DNA of 64,000 nucleotides from an uncultured delta proteobacterium (GCA_963745835.1 CAVUZH010000003.1:1248001-1312000); one strand, 5' to 3'. Shown: positions 37,828 through 48,910, counted from the first letter of the stretch. The notes: generated from the sequence alone by a model not told the origin. Translations and numbers: made by a program.

Positions 37828-38190
37828 ATGGCCGGAAAAGCGAAATATTTAATGATCGCGAGCATGGACGTCGATCCAGAACACGATGCCATATTCAATG
37901 AGGTTTACGATAAAGAACATGTTCCGAACTTAGGCAAGGTGCCGGGTGTTCTGGGTATCACTCGATATCGCCGAGGTGAGCTCACGATGAATATCGGGGG
38001 CGAGCGCAAGACCATCGAAATTCCCAATGAACCCAGCTATGTCGCCATTTACGAATTGGACAGCCCCGACGTTCTAACCAGCGCAGCCTGGGATAAAGCG
38101 ATTGAAGATGGGCGCTGGCCGAGCCAGGTGAGACCTTACACAAAGAATCGACGCCACGTGCTCCTGAAGCTTATGGAGCCGGAGAAGTAA
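37828..38190 (+). CDS. EthD/DUF4286-like dimeric alpha-beta barrel protein
   Basis: FNEVYDKEHVP..VPGV, YVAIYEL. Confidence 0.7.
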   Translation: MAGKAKYLMIASMDVDPEHDAIFNEVYDKEHVPNLGKVPGVLGITRYRRGELTMNIGGERKTIEIPNEPSYVAIYELDSPDVLTSAAWDKAIEDGRWPSQVRPYTKNRRHVLLKLMEPEK

Positions 38191-38280
38191 TCTTTATTGA
38201 CGTTAAATCTATACGTCGCGGGCCGTGCTGTGCGAGTTTCTGACGAGCTAAGTCAACTACGAAGGATGTGACCTTTACGC

Positions 38281-38757
38281 CTATTCCCGTTTTCGCGCAA
38301 GCTCCAAGAAATTGGTTAATTTCTCGGCAATTTCATCGGCGCCGATCACTGCAGCGTGTTGCTCGAAGAGTGGAAACAGCTCGCGTTCTTCTCTGCGAAT
38401 GTGCCGCTCTAAAATGTCTCCAAGATCGAAAATCACTTTTCCTAAACCTAAGGTCGCCTGCAATTTCGGAATAGCCAGACGCAGGCTTTCGTGATCGCGC
38501 GTAAGATCAGCGATTAGCTCTTCGCTCTCAGGCACGTGCAAGCTCATTGGTGGAAAAAGAATCTCCTCTTCAGCCTCAAAGTGCGAGCTAAGCTCAGCCG
38601 CAAATAGTGTAAGAAACTCACCCGCGCGCAATCGCAAGCCTTCCGCGCCGGTTGGTTTTATTTGTCCCAAGGCTTGCTTTCGGCAGCGTAACGCGAGCGC
38701 CAAACCATGGTGGTGGTCATGGGAAAGAGGAATCAAGCCGGGGTGTCGTTTAGGCAT
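38281..38757 (-). CDS. Hemerythrin domain protein
   Basis: LSHDHH, HFEAEEEILFP, HIRREERELFP. Confidence 0.85.
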   Translation of the reverse strand: MPKRHPGLIPLSHDHHHGLALALRCRKQALGQIKPTGAEGLRLRAGEFLTLFAAELSSHFEAEEEILFPPMSLHVPESEELIADLTRDHESLRLAIPKLQATLGLGKVIFDLGDILERHIRREERELFPLFEQHAAVIGADEIAEKLTNFLELARKRE

Positions 38758-38823
38758 ACTGGAGTGATTAGCGGAACTGTTCTGACCAGACCGACCGCTA
38801 GCATGACGAGGCAGTACAATCGT

Positions 38824-39996
38824 TCAGATTATCGCCTTTGCTCTCAAAGCCTCAATCGCCGCCGCGTCATAACCCAGCGAGCTTAAAATATCATCGGCAT
38901 GCTCGCCTAAAATGGGCGGCGGTTTATCTATGGTCGGGGGCGTGCGGCTCATATCAACCGCGTTACCGACCATCTTAACATCGCCCATCTTCGGGTGAGT
39001 GATGATTTGCGGAAAGCCGTACTCACGAACTTGCGGATCGTCAAAGACCTCGTCCAAAGTATTCAGCGGCGCCGCGGGGACATCGTTCTCAATCAGTTGC
39101 TTCAACCATTCTTCCCTTCGACCGTGTTTAAAGATTTCTTGCAGACCTTCATAGAGGCTGTCGTAATTAGCGATTCGGCCCTGCCGATTATTAAAACGCG
39201 CGTCATTGCTCCACTCCGTCCTCCCGACCACCCTAAAGAGCGCATTCCAGAACTTGTCAGGGGAAGACATGTGCAGAATGAACGGCAGGTTTTGTTGATC
39301 AACGAAGGCGAAGACGCCTGCGGTCGTGGTTCTATGCTTGCGCCGGGGCACGTGCCCTGTTTCGAAATAGCGCGCGGCGTTTTCAGCAACAAAAGAGACT
39401 GATGCTCTAAGCAATGACGTTTCAACCAGCTGACCCTGTCCCGTCAGCATTCGGTTTATGAGAGCTGCCAAAATGCCGTAGCATGCGTACATACCCGTCA
39501 AGTGATCCGAAAAAGAAATCCCCATGCCTTGAGGCTTGCCCGGATCAGTAAGTAAACTGAGCAGGCCACTTCGCGCCTGGCCAATGGTGTCATAACCGGG
39601 CATATCCCGGTAAGGTCCCTTCGGGCCAAAGCCGGAGATTGAGCAGTAAACGAGCTTGGAATTGAGCTTGCGGACGTCCTCATAGCCGAGTCCGCGTTTT
39701 TCCATCACGCCCGGACGAAAGTTTTGGATCAAAACATCGCTTTGAGCGGCCAGCTTCAGAACGATCTCCCGGGCTTGGTCATGGCGCAGATCCAAAGTTA
39801 AGCTTCTTTTGTTTCTGTTGAGACTACAAAAAGTGGCGGAGTAGTTCTTTTCACCCCACCCGCGGAATGGATCACCACGCTTCGGCTCCTCGATCTTAAC
39901 GACGTCGGCCCCCATGTCGGCTAGGAGTTGCGAAGCGAACGGGCCCGTCACATAACTCGCAATTTCAATGACCTTGATTCCAGCTAAAGCGCTCAT
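38824..39996 (-). CDS. CaiB/BaiF family CoA transferase
   Basis: GPFASQLLADMGADVVKIE, NRNKRS, NFRPG, PPILGEH. Confidence 0.93.
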   Translation of the reverse strand: MSALAGIKVIEIASYVTGPFASQLLADMGADVVKIEEPKRGDPFRGWGEKNYSATFCSLNRNKRSLTLDLRHDQAREIVLKLAAQSDVLIQNFRPGVMEKRGLGYEDVRKLNSKLVYCSISGFGPKGPYRDMPGYDTIGQARSGLLSLLTDPGKPQGMGISFSDHLTGMYACYGILAALINRMLTGQGQLVETSLLRASVSFVAENAARYFETGHVPRRKHRTTTAGVFAFVDQQNLPFILHMSSPDKFWNALFRVVGRTEWSNDARFNNRQGRIANYDSLYEGLQEIFKHGRREEWLKQLIENDVPAAPLNTLDEVFDDPQVREYGFPQIITHPKMGDVKMVGNAVDMSRTPPTIDKPPPILGEHADDILSSLGYDAAAIEALRAKAII

Positions 39997-40091
39997 TGAT
40001 AACTTTCCGCCGCTGACGCAAATCGGCTTAAGGTTGAGTATCATCTTCCTAACTGTGGGTGACGTATGAAGTCAAGGGCGAGCGCCGCCGC

Positions 40092-43019
40092 TCAGGCCGC
40101 ATGGCGCCGTAGAGATCGGGGAATGGTAAACGTAAAGATGGAGCCGTGGCCGGGTTCACTCTCAACGCGAATCTCACCATCCAGTAAATCGAGATATTTT
40201 TTGACAATGCTGAGACCCAGACCTACGCCGTCAAATTGCCCCGTGTGAGCCTCTTTGATTTGCTCGAATTCCTGGAATATCCGGCGAACATCTTCGCTCT
40301 CAATTCCAATACCGGTGTCTGCCACGCTAAATTGAACTCGGTCTCTATCACGCAGATTGCGCACTTGGACATCGATTCGCCCTCTGGGTGTGAATTTGCA
40401 TGCGTTAGCAAGCAGATTTTGAAGAATCTCATCTAGCTTGATTGGGTCAGTAGTTATTGGCAGAACCGTTTCATCGACATCCCAGTTAACCTCCAAACGG
40501 CCGTCTCGATTGATTTGCTCCACCTGGTGCCGCGCATGCTCGATCAGTTCTTCAACTTCCACTGTTGCAAGGTCCAGCGACATTTTTCTTGCTTCGATGC
40601 GCGATAGGCTCAAAACATCATTGATCATCTTTAGCAAGACCCGGGAATTCCGCAAAATCTTCCGAATCGCTGTCTTCTGATCAGAGTTAAGGGGTCCGAA
40701 GAACTCGTCGTGCGCGAGATCGGCATTGCCAATAATGACGTGTAGCGGCGTTCGAAGCTCATGTGACATGGCCGAGATAAATTCTGATTTGGCTCGTGTT
40801 GCATCGAGAAGCTCCTGGTTGGTTTTCTCGAGCTCGGAAGTCGTTTTTTTGACTTCGGCAAATAGTCTGGCGTTTTCCACCGCAACGCCGATTTCCTGGG
40901 CAATGGACTGGATTAGCTGCCGTTCATCTTGAGAGAAGTGACGCTTGCCGCGACTGACAACATGTAAAGTTCCGGCAATGTTCTCTTTAACCATGATCGG
41001 AAATGCGGCGGCGGCTTGAAATCCCAACGAAACAATCTTACCTGCACTCGTCAACTCGCGGTATCTGGGGTCGTTGACAACGTCCTCGAAGATAAGCGAA
41101 CGGCCCGATCTTATCACCTGACCGCTAATTCCACTCTCCACATTGCGCTCGGCCATGGCTTTGGCGACTTCATCGCTGAGCCCGATTTGCCCCCGTAGAT
41201 ACAGAACTCCCTCCTCCGGCTCCAATTCGTAAATCCAGACTGCGTCGAAATTGAGTGTCTCTGAGATCTTCCTGACAGCTTCCTTGAGAACAGTTTCCAG
41301 ATTGAGCGAACGGCTTACGGCCACGCCGATGGTGTTAAGCACGGCCAGGTGCCGTGATCTCGTGTTAACCTCTTCGAATAAGTTTACCTTCTCTACCGCA
41401 ACGCCCAGATGCTCTGCCATGGAAGTGAGCAGGCGAATCTGATCGGTGCTCAGCTTTCTAGGCGATTTGCCATTGAAGATAATGGCGCCGAAAACGCAGG
41501 ACTGGGTTTTGATCGGCAGCACGCCAAAGAAACATAGCTTGGCATTCTTTGTGGCTCGACTGGTGCTGAGAGCGGCATACCGCGGATCGGTTTCAATATT
41601 TTCAAATATCATTGGCTCGCCGGACTCGACGACTCGGCCGATGACACCCTGGCCTCTTTTGAAGGTATGCACCTCGGTCCAGTGCTCCGGGTCTGCTTCA
41701 AACGAAGCTCGCAATTCCATTTGTTCCATTTCCGCGTTGAAAAGAAAAATCCGGGTCGTTTCAAATTGGAAAATGGCGGTAATCTTATCGATAACTGCCT
41801 GCAGAATAGTTTCTAGATCTAGCGATTTGTTTACAGCGCTGGTCACTTCATAGAGGGCGCCCGTTTCCTCCGTTCGCTGCTTTACTTTCTGTTCCAATGT
41901 GGCATACGAGGTCTGTAGCGCTTCGGTCATGTCATTGAACTCTTGCGCCAAGTCTTCTACTTCATCACCCGTCGTGATCTCGGCCCTGTGTTCAAGATTG
42001 CCACCGCGGATGGTTCTGACGGCCTGACGGAGTTCTTGAATCGGTCGACTGATCTTTCGACTCAGCCAAACGATGATTCCCGAACCCACAAGCAGTCCGA
42101 TGCCGATTAGCAAAATAGAATAACGGTGCAATTGCTCTAGATCCGCTAGAGCTTCAGCAGCAGGCTGCTCGACGATCACCGCCCATCTCAGGTCCGGTAC
42201 TTCGGCGTAGGTGCTTAGCACCTGTGCGCCGTTGATCCCCGCGCCAAGTTCGGCTGGAGCAGGATCGCTGGCTCGATTCGCAAGGAAGCGTTGGACCTTG
42301 GCGAGCTCGCGAAGGTTAAGACGCTTAAGCACCAGCGACGGATCCTGGTGTGCTAGCACCTCGCCATTCTCGTCGATCACGTAGGCGTAGCCACCCCGCC
42401 GAAAACGGCTGCCGGCGATCACTTCCCAAAGAAACCGAAGATTAACGTGGGCGATTAGGACACCGATGGTTTTTCGCGGAGTTTCCATCAATGGCATGGC
42501 GATGACGATGTAGGGCTCGGCACGGTCTGAAGTGCGGACCGGACCGACATAGACTTCGCCCTGAATAGCCTTAGTATAGGCTGTTTCGCCGCTCCGATTT
42601 TGCAAATCCGACGGTAGAAAGGCTAGAATCTCAGAAAATTTGAGTCTTTCCATTCCTTGACTGTCTAAGATTGAAATCTGCCTGAAAGCCGGATCGTTCT
42701 TTAGCAGCAATAATCCAATCAGACGTTGATCTTCGCTGCCGATAGGGTACCGAGTCATAAACACGCCTGCGTCCCGCAACCGCTCCACCTTGCGAGACAC
42801 GAAATGATGAATTTGCCGCGCCGATGCCGAGGCAATTTCTGTTTGCAGCGCCGCTGTCGACTCGTAGATTTGCTTCCGCGTGTAGCTCGAGCCGGCAAAC
42901 GTGCTTAGCACCAGGACGGTTCCCAACAGAATCAAGCCAAAAAGCATCAAGCGGCGTCTAATCCCGCCGATATACGGTCGAATAGTAATCTTCTGCCGAT
43001 CTCTCATCGCGGCGCTCAC
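40092..43019 (-). CDS. Sensor histidine kinase (Cache-HAMP-GAF-GAF-HisKA-HATPase)
   Basis: 2 TM, SHELRTPL, NACKFT, DTGIG, GLGLSI. Confidence 0.92.
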   Translation of the reverse strand: MSAAMRDRQKITIRPYIGGIRRRLMLFGLILLGTVLVLSTFAGSSYTRKQIYESTAALQTEIASASARQIHHFVSRKVERLRDAGVFMTRYPIGSEDQRLIGLLLLKNDPAFRQISILDSQGMERLKFSEILAFLPSDLQNRSGETAYTKAIQGEVYVGPVRTSDRAEPYIVIAMPLMETPRKTIGVLIAHVNLRFLWEVIAGSRFRRGGYAYVIDENGEVLAHQDPSLVLKRLNLRELAKVQRFLANRASDPAPAELGAGINGAQVLSTYAEVPDLRWAVIVEQPAAEALADLEQLHRYSILLIGIGLLVGSGIIVWLSRKISRPIQELRQAVRTIRGGNLEHRAEITTGDEVEDLAQEFNDMTEALQTSYATLEQKVKQRTEETGALYEVTSAVNKSLDLETILQAVIDKITAIFQFETTRIFLFNAEMEQMELRASFEADPEHWTEVHTFKRGQGVIGRVVESGEPMIFENIETDPRYAALSTSRATKNAKLCFFGVLPIKTQSCVFGAIIFNGKSPRKLSTDQIRLLTSMAEHLGVAVEKVNLFEEVNTRSRHLAVLNTIGVAVSRSLNLETVLKEAVRKISETLNFDAVWIYELEPEEGVLYLRGQIGLSDEVAKAMAERNVESGISGQVIRSGRSLIFEDVVNDPRYRELTSAGKIVSLGFQAAAAFPIMVKENIAGTLHVVSRGKRHFSQDERQLIQSIAQEIGVAVENARLFAEVKKTTSELEKTNQELLDATRAKSEFISAMSHELRTPLHVIIGNADLAHDEFFGPLNSDQKTAIRKILRNSRVLLKMINDVLSLSRIEARKMSLDLATVEVEELIEHARHQVEQINRDGRLEVNWDVDETVLPITTDPIKLDEILQNLLANACKFTPRGRIDVQVRNLRDRDRVQFSVADTGIGIESEDVRRIFQEFEQIKEAHTGQFDGVGLGLSIVKKYLDLLDGEIRVESEPGHGSIFTFTIPRSLRRHAA

Positions 43020-44044
43020 TCAAACACTTGGTCGGCTCTTAACAAGATTTCCTTGGCAATCTTCAAATCGATGGCTTTTGCGGTTTGAAGGTTCAGCACC
43101 AGGTTTAGCTTGTATGGTAACTCGATGGGCAGTTCGGCGGGTTTGCTTCCCTTGAAGATCTTGTCCGCCAGCGCCGCAGCTTGCTTTCCTAGCGCTGGAT
43201 AATCCGCTGCGTAGGTTGCTAGACAACCGCGCTTGACGTTGACCAACAACGAAGTCAGCAACGGCAGCTTTTCTTTGATCGCTTGATCGACCACCTGCTC
43301 AACAGCCTCTGTCACTAAACTGTCCGGCGGGTGATAAATGGCATCGTACCTTTTGCGGGTAATTGACTGGGCCACTATGCCCATCTCCTCGACCCGGCGC
43401 ACATGGATTTCCGAATATCCGAGAGCAAACTTTGGCGCTGTCGCTTGGACTTCCGCGACAATGGCTTTGTAATTGACGCCATTGGGATCTAATGGAATGG
43501 CGATCTTTTTGGTTCGTGGAGCTAACTCCTTGAGAAGCTCGAATCGCTTGCCAGTCAATTCCAAAGACGCCGAACTGATGCCGGCAAGATTGTTACCAGA
43601 GCCGGAAAAGCTCTTGAAAAGATTCTGAGAGTTTCCCGCGCTCAAAAAGACGACCGGAATGGGTGTTCCTTGCGTCGCTCGTGCCGCTGCTACTGTTGCA
43701 GTAGTTGAAGAGGTAACTATCAGATCGACTTTGTCGTGGACAAGTTTATGCGCGATTGTTCGGAGCAGCTCTTCATTCCCTCTCGAGTTGTAATACTGAT
43801 ACCGAACGTTTTGGCGTTCACGATAACCCAACTCCGTCATACGTTCTCTAAACCCCTCGAATGCGTTTATGAACGAATCGCCGGTGTTGAGTGAACCGAT
43901 AGAATAAATTCTTTGCGCCTCGGCGGGAGACACCGCGCTGGTTACCAGAGCGATCGCTATCGTCCAGAAGATAAGCGACTTAGGGATTGCTGATCTTTGT
44001 GCGCGGAGAGAGTCTGTCAGAGGGGTTATCATTGCATGCCGCAT
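43016..44044 (-). CDS. ABC transporter substrate-binding protein (ABC_sub_bind type)
   Basis: TIPVVF-like, DKIFKGSKPAELPIE, NLQTAKAI; overlaps the kinase start. Confidence 0.88.
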   Translation of the reverse strand: MRHAMITPLTDSLRAQRSAIPKSLIFWTIAIALVTSAVSPAEAQRIYSIGSLNTGDSFINAFEGFRERMTELGYRERQNVRYQYYNSRGNEELLRTIAHKLVHDKVDLIVTSSTTATVAAARATQGTPIPVVFLSAGNSQNLFKSFSGSGNNLAGISSASLELTGKRFELLKELAPRTKKIAIPLDPNGVNYKAIVAEVQATAPKFALGYSEIHVRRVEEMGIVAQSITRKRYDAIYHPPDSLVTEAVEQVVDQAIKEKLPLLTSLLVNVKRGCLATYAADYPALGKQAAALADKIFKGSKPAELPIELPYKLNLVLNLQTAKAIDLKIAKEILLRADQVFE

Positions 44045-44413
44045 TGATCCTCCTGATCGCCTTAGCTGTTTCTTCGCCGCAAGGCGCTCTGCAGAGCGGA
44101 TTCGAAGCAGATTTGGTGAGTCATTGTCCGAACAACTGTAGGTGCGCGGTAAGCCGGCGTGCTCTTACAAAAGCCTTTGATCGCCGCAAGTTAGGCTCGG
44201 GTAACGACGCAGGATTTGAGCCAGAAGAGAGATAAAACAGTTGACGAGCAGCTCTGGTGATTTGCGAGGATTTGCGGGGAATCTTTGTGAAATCTTGCGT
44301 GACGAAGAATTTGGGTGCTGAAGGCAATAAAATGAAATCAGACTAATTACGCCATATTTGGCTAGAATGGCACGTTATGACTCTGGTGGGAATTTCGTAC
44401 CTGACCACAAATC

Positions 44414-45163
44414 CTACGGCTCGGCGCCTTTACTTTCAACCGCGGCTTGCTCCCCCAGATAAGCCTGGATGATTCTGGGATTATCCAGCATCTCCGCGCA
44501 AGGCCCGGATAGCACGGTTTTGCCGTTCTCCAGGATGTAAGCGTCATCCGCAATCTTGAGCGCCTGCCGGACATTCTGTTCGACCAAAAAGATAGTCAAG
44601 CCGCGCTCGTTCAGTTTGCGCAAGGTTCTGAAGATTTCTTGTACTAGGAGCGGCGCTAACCCCATAGATGGTTCGTCCAACAGCAGCAATCTCGGTCGTG
44701 CCATCAACGCGCGAGCAATGGCCAACATCTGCTGCTCGCCTCCTGACAGATTGCCTGCAGCGCCATCGAGTCTTTCTTTCAGTCGCGGAAACAATCCTAG
44801 AACGTTTTCTAGATCACTTGCGATCTCGGTTTTGTGTCTGTGTCGCCGATACGCTCCGAGTAACAAGTTTTCTCTGATCGTGAGAGTGGTAAGAATTTCC
44901 CGGCCTTCTGGGACTTGGACGATCCCATGCGCAACAATTCGGTGCGGCGGGAGTCGATGCACTTCCATGCCGTCAAAATGGATTGATCCGGCGCTGGCTT
45001 TCACAACTCCCGATATCGTCAATAGCGTGGTTGACTTACCCGCGCCGTTGGCTCCTAGCAGTGTTGTTATCCGACCTTGATGGAGCGTTAGATTGATCCC
45101 TTTCACCGCTTCAATTGCGCCGTAGTGGACGTGGAGACCGGCAATCCGCAGAAGCGCTTTCAT
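44414..45163 (-). CDS. livF: Branched-chain amino acid ABC transporter ATPase
   Basis: GANGAGKS, LSGGEQQML, DEPSMGLAP, VEQN. Confidence 0.9.
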   Translation of the reverse strand: MKALLRIAGLHVHYGAIEAVKGINLTLHQGRITTLLGANGAGKSTTLLTISGVVKASAGSIHFDGMEVHRLPPHRIVAHGIVQVPEGREILTTLTIRENLLLGAYRRHRHKTEIASDLENVLGLFPRLKERLDGAAGNLSGGEQQMLAIARALMARPRLLLLDEPSMGLAPLLVQEIFRTLRKLNERGLTIFLVEQNVRQALKIADDAYILENGKTVLSGPCAEMLDNPRIIQAYLGEQAAVESKGAEP

Positions 45164-45948
45164 GCAGAGCGCTCGGAAGAAGTCGAATCCGGTTCGTCTT
45201 CCCGTCCCAAATACGCCTCGATAACCCGCGGGTCTTGGCGAATTTGGTCGGGGCTTCCGACAGCGATCACCCGACCGAAATTCATTACAATGATTTGCTT
45301 GCAGATGCCCATGACAAAGCTCATGTCGTGCTCAATCAGTAATATGCTAAGGCCACTTTGATCGAGCTTGATAATCTCATTCATCAATTGCTGCTTTTCG
45401 ACAGGATTCATACCAGCCGCCGGTTCATCCAAGAGCAGCAACTTGGGCGCGGTCGCAAGCGCGCGCGCAATCTCTAGACGCCGCTGCGCGCCGTAAGAAA
45501 GCGTACCTGCTGCCTGCTCGGCCGTGTCGAGTAGGCTGACTCTGCGCAAGAGCTCGCGCGCAAGCTCTTCTTCGCGCTGCTTAGAATGACGCAAACCGCG
45601 AGACGAGAGAAGCAGACGTGCCGGACTATGGTTGCGTTGCGGCCTGATTGCGACAAGAACATTTTCCAAGACAGACATTTCTTTAAAGATGCGGATATTC
45701 TGAAAGGTGCGTGCGACACCACAACGGTTGACCTGATAAGGTGCCATGCCGTTTAGCTCACGTCCTAAGAATTCGATTCTCCCCTCGCTCGGCAGTAGTA
45801 AGCCTGTGATGAGATTGAATACGGTTGTCTTCCCGGCTCCATTCGGGCCGATCAACCCAACAATTCCCCGCTCCGGTGTCATCAAGCTGACGTTTTGGAG
45901 CACTTGGTGGCCGCCGAAACTTTTTGAGAGACCCGACAAACTCAACAT
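45160..45948 (-). CDS. livG: Branched-chain amino acid ABC transporter ATPase
   Basis: GPNGAGKT, RTFQNIR, DEPAAG, IEHDM. Confidence 0.9.
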   Translation of the reverse strand: MLSLSGLSKSFGGHQVLQNVSLMTPERGIVGLIGPNGAGKTTVFNLITGLLLPSEGRIEFLGRELNGMAPYQVNRCGVARTFQNIRIFKEMSVLENVLVAIRPQRNHSPARLLLSSRGLRHSKQREEELARELLRRVSLLDTAEQAAGTLSYGAQRRLEIARALATAPKLLLLDEPAAGMNPVEKQQLMNEIIKLDQSGLSILLIEHDMSFVMGICKQIIVMNFGRVIAVGSPDQIRQDPRVIEAYLGREDEPDSTSSERSA

Positions 45949-45954
45949 GTGCCA

Positions 45955-46812
45955 TTACCGCCGGCGTTTTGGCGACCGCCGCGCTAGAAGTATCAAACCC
46001 CAAAGTCCCCGCGGCGAGTACAGCATGATTAGAATCAAGATGATGCCATTGATCAATGGTCTATAGTCACCAAGTCCGCGCAAGAGTTCCGGCAAAAGCG
46101 TGATCAACACGCCGCCGAGGACGGCGCCCCATGGACTGCCGGTACCGCCAAGAACACCCATCGCAAGAATTTCCACACCACGGTCGAAACCATATTCATT
46201 GGGACTGATAAAGAATGTGAAATGGGCATTAAGTCCGCCCGCTAACCCGGCCAGAGCAGCGCCGCTCACAAAGGCAAACAATTTATAGCCACGGATGTTT
46301 ATCCCGATCACCTCAGTGGCGACTTCATCTTGCCGAATTGCCGCCATGATGCGACCTAACCGCGACTGCGCAGCTCGCAACAAAACATAAACCGCACCGC
46401 AGACAGCTACTGCTACAGAAGACCAGCTTGTCAACTGCGGAATACCATTGAGCCCAAGGGCGCCGCCTGTTAGATCTTCCGTATTGAGAATCGCTATCCG
46501 CACAACTTCACCAAACGCCAGAGTCGCCATTGCCAAATAAACACCCGAGAGTTTAAGCGTCGGACGCCCGATTACAAGCGCAACCACAGCCGGCAGCAAT
46601 GAGCCGAGAACCAGCGCGGGGAAAAATGATGTCACGCTGTGCAAAGTAAGAAGCGCGGAGCTATAGGCCCCAATAGCCATAAATGCCGCGTTAGCTACGC
46701 TTAACAGGCCGCAGGATAGAGTCAGATAAATGGACAGAGCCAGGAGCACGTTAGTACCGATAGAGAGGACTAGCGTATTGTAGGTTGCCCAAAAGCTATC
46801 GAGCCATTCCAT
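45955..46812 (-). CDS. livM: Branched-chain amino acid ABC transporter permease
   Basis: GVYLAMATLAFGE, TGGALGL, AIRQDE. Confidence 0.88.
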   Translation of the reverse strand: MEWLDSFWATYNTLVLSIGTNVLLALSIYLTLSCGLLSVANAAFMAIGAYSSALLTLHSVTSFFPALVLGSLLPAVVALVIGRPTLKLSGVYLAMATLAFGEVVRIAILNTEDLTGGALGLNGIPQLTSWSSVAVAVCGAVYVLLRAAQSRLGRIMAAIRQDEVATEVIGINIRGYKLFAFVSGAALAGLAGGLNAHFTFFISPNEYGFDRGVEILAMGVLGGTGSPWGAVLGGVLITLLPELLRGLGDYRPLINGIILILIMLYSPRGLWGLILLARRSPKRRR

Positions 46813-46864
46813 GCTCCGGTGTTTGCGGTTCTCTCAGGGAGAGTGATCAAGCGGTTAAAGGTTG

Positions 46865-47749
46865 TTATGCGCGGCGCTGGGCGGCAGTTCCGAACAGACC
46901 ATGAGGCCGAAGCAGCAGAATTGCGAATAGCAGACCGAAGGCGACGGCATCACGCATGCTCGAGCCAATGTAAGCGACTGAGAAGACCTCCGCAAATCCA
47001 AGAAAAAAACCGCCCAATAAAGCGCCCCGCATGTCGCCCATTCCGCCGAGAATCACAACTGCGATTCCCTTATGCAGGATGGGCTGCCCCATCGAAGGGA
47101 ACACAGCGTTAGTATATAAGGCGATCAGAACGCCGGCGGCGCCGCCGAGCAGCGCCGCGATCACCGATGTGAGCCGAAACACCCGCTCAACATTGATGCC
47201 TAGGAATGCGGCCGCTCTAGGAGATTCCGCCAAGGCACGCACTGCGCAACCAATGCGAGTCCGCCGCAGCCCCCAGATTAATACACCCATGAGGACAAAG
47301 GCCAAGACAACTATTTCCAGTTCCAGCCAAGTGATTTGCGCGCCGGGTATGCTCAACGTCTGGACCGGCAATGTCTCAAGCGGAAAGCGCAAATTTTGCG
47401 CGCCAAAATAACCCTCGATGGAGCTATTTAGGGCGATAGCGAAACCGATGGTTGCAATCATCGGCGCCAGGTGCGGTGCCTGACGCGCCCGCAATGGCGC
47501 GAAGATCAGCTTATCGAGAAGCCAACCGGTAGCGCCCGTAATCAGCATCGCAATCAGGATCGCTGCGGGTAGCGGAAGCTCTAAAAGCACGACTGCTTGC
47601 AAAGCAGAATAAGCGCCCAGCATGAATACCGCGCCATGGGCTAGATTCACCACTCCCAATACGCCGAACACCAATGTAAACCCAAGCGCAAATAGCGCAT
47701 AGACTCCACCCAGGGAAACAGCATTGATGAACTGCTGCGCGAGCATCAC
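46865..47749 (-). CDS. livH: Branched-chain amino acid ABC transporter permease
   Basis: YALFALGFTLVFGV..VVNLAHG, VILGGMG. Confidence 0.88.
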   Translation of the reverse strand: MMLAQQFINAVSLGGVYALFALGFTLVFGVLGVVNLAHGAVFMLGAYSALQAVVLLELPLPAAILIAMLITGATGWLLDKLIFAPLRARQAPHLAPMIATIGFAIALNSSIEGYFGAQNLRFPLETLPVQTLSIPGAQITWLELEIVVLAFVLMGVLIWGLRRTRIGCAVRALAESPRAAAFLGINVERVFRLTSVIAALLGGAAGVLIALYTNAVFPSMGQPILHKGIAVVILGGMGDMRGALLGGFFLGFAEVFSVAYIGSSMRDAVAFGLLFAILLLRPHGLFGTAAQRRA

Positions 47750-48910
47750 CTATTTTTGGATCACGTACCGGTTGCCTTTGGTCATCATGACAATCGCGGT
47801 TTGTACCGCGTCGTAGCCGGCGGGCTTGCCGTCGCGGCCGGTAACCTGGCGAAATTTAAACGGCCCGGTGGCGCCGGTCCACTGCGTTGCCGGAAGAGCA
47901 TCGCGCACTGCTTTGCGATCGGCCTCCAGCTTACCCGTTAATTTAATCTTCTTTAAAGCTTGCGCTGCAATGTACATGGCATCGTATGCCTGGGCGGCAA
48001 ACTGGTCGGGCATCTCTTGATAAGCTTTTTGATACGACGCTATAAATTGCTTGTTCTCGGGTGTCGGACTTTCCACGGACCAGGGGCTGCCAACCCACAA
48101 GTTGTCAGAGCTGTTTTTAGCAAGCTCAAATATTCTCGGAGAGTTCATCCCATTGCCGCCGATGAACGGCAGGTCGATGCCCAGTTGCCGCGCCTGTACC
48201 ATGATCGGGGCGCCTTCAGCGACCAAAGCCGAAAGCACAATCGCGTCAGGATTGCCGGCTTTGATATTGGTCAATTGCGGCTTAAAACCGACATCACCCT
48301 TTGCGAAGGTCTCCGTTGCGGCAATAGGGATCTTCAAGTCCTGCAGAGCTTTCTTGAAGTTATCATAACCGCTCTTGGTAAAGATATCGTCATTACCATA
48401 GAGCACTGCGACTCTTTTTAAGCCGGTCTTTTGCGCAGCACTTTTAAGCGTAACTGGCAAAATATCCCGCTCGGTAACCGAATTACGAAACACATAATCG
48501 CCAATCGAAGTGATTCCGTCAGCGGTATTCGAAGTCCCGAAAACGACCGTTTTAGCCGCTTGCGCAACCGGGTCCGATGCCTGCGCTGAATTAGACAGCG
48601 TCGGGCCAAACAACATCAGCACTTTGTCCTGAAAGATAAGCTTTCTAAAACTATTGATACCCTCTTCCTTTTTGCCCTGCTCATCTTCAATGACCAATTC
48701 CAAGCGGGTTCCACCGGCGCCGCCGCTGCCATTGATTTCTTTAACGGCCAACTCAAAGCCTTTCCGGATCGGCACACCATATTGCGCAGCGTTGCCGGTC
48801 AAGGCGGCGGCAACGCCGATTTTGATCTGCGCCGCCCCAGCGACAGGGCAGAGCAAAAAGACCGCTGCAATCGCCGTAAGTACAGTGTGTCCTATTTGCA
48901 CGGAGGTCAC
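47750..48910 (-). CDS. livK: Branched-chain amino acid ABC substrate-binding protein
   Basis: IKIGVAAALTG, INGSGG, AAQAYDA. Confidence 0.85.
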   Translation of the reverse strand: MTSVQIGHTVLTAIAAVFLLCPVAGAAQIKIGVAAALTGNAAQYGVPIRKGFELAVKEINGSGGAGGTRLELVIEDEQGKKEEGINSFRKLIFQDKVLMLFGPTLSNSAQASDPVAQAAKTVVFGTSNTADGITSIGDYVFRNSVTERDILPVTLKSAAQKTGLKRVAVLYGNDDIFTKSGYDNFKKALQDLKIPIAATETFAKGDVGFKPQLTNIKAGNPDAIVLSALVAEGAPIMVQARQLGIDLPFIGGNGMNSPRIFELAKNSSDNLWVGSPWSVESPTPENKQFIASYQKAYQEMPDQFAAQAYDAMYIAAQALKKIKLTGKLEADRKAVRDALPATQWTGATGPFKFRQVTGRDGKPAGYDAVQTAIVMMTKGNRYVIQK

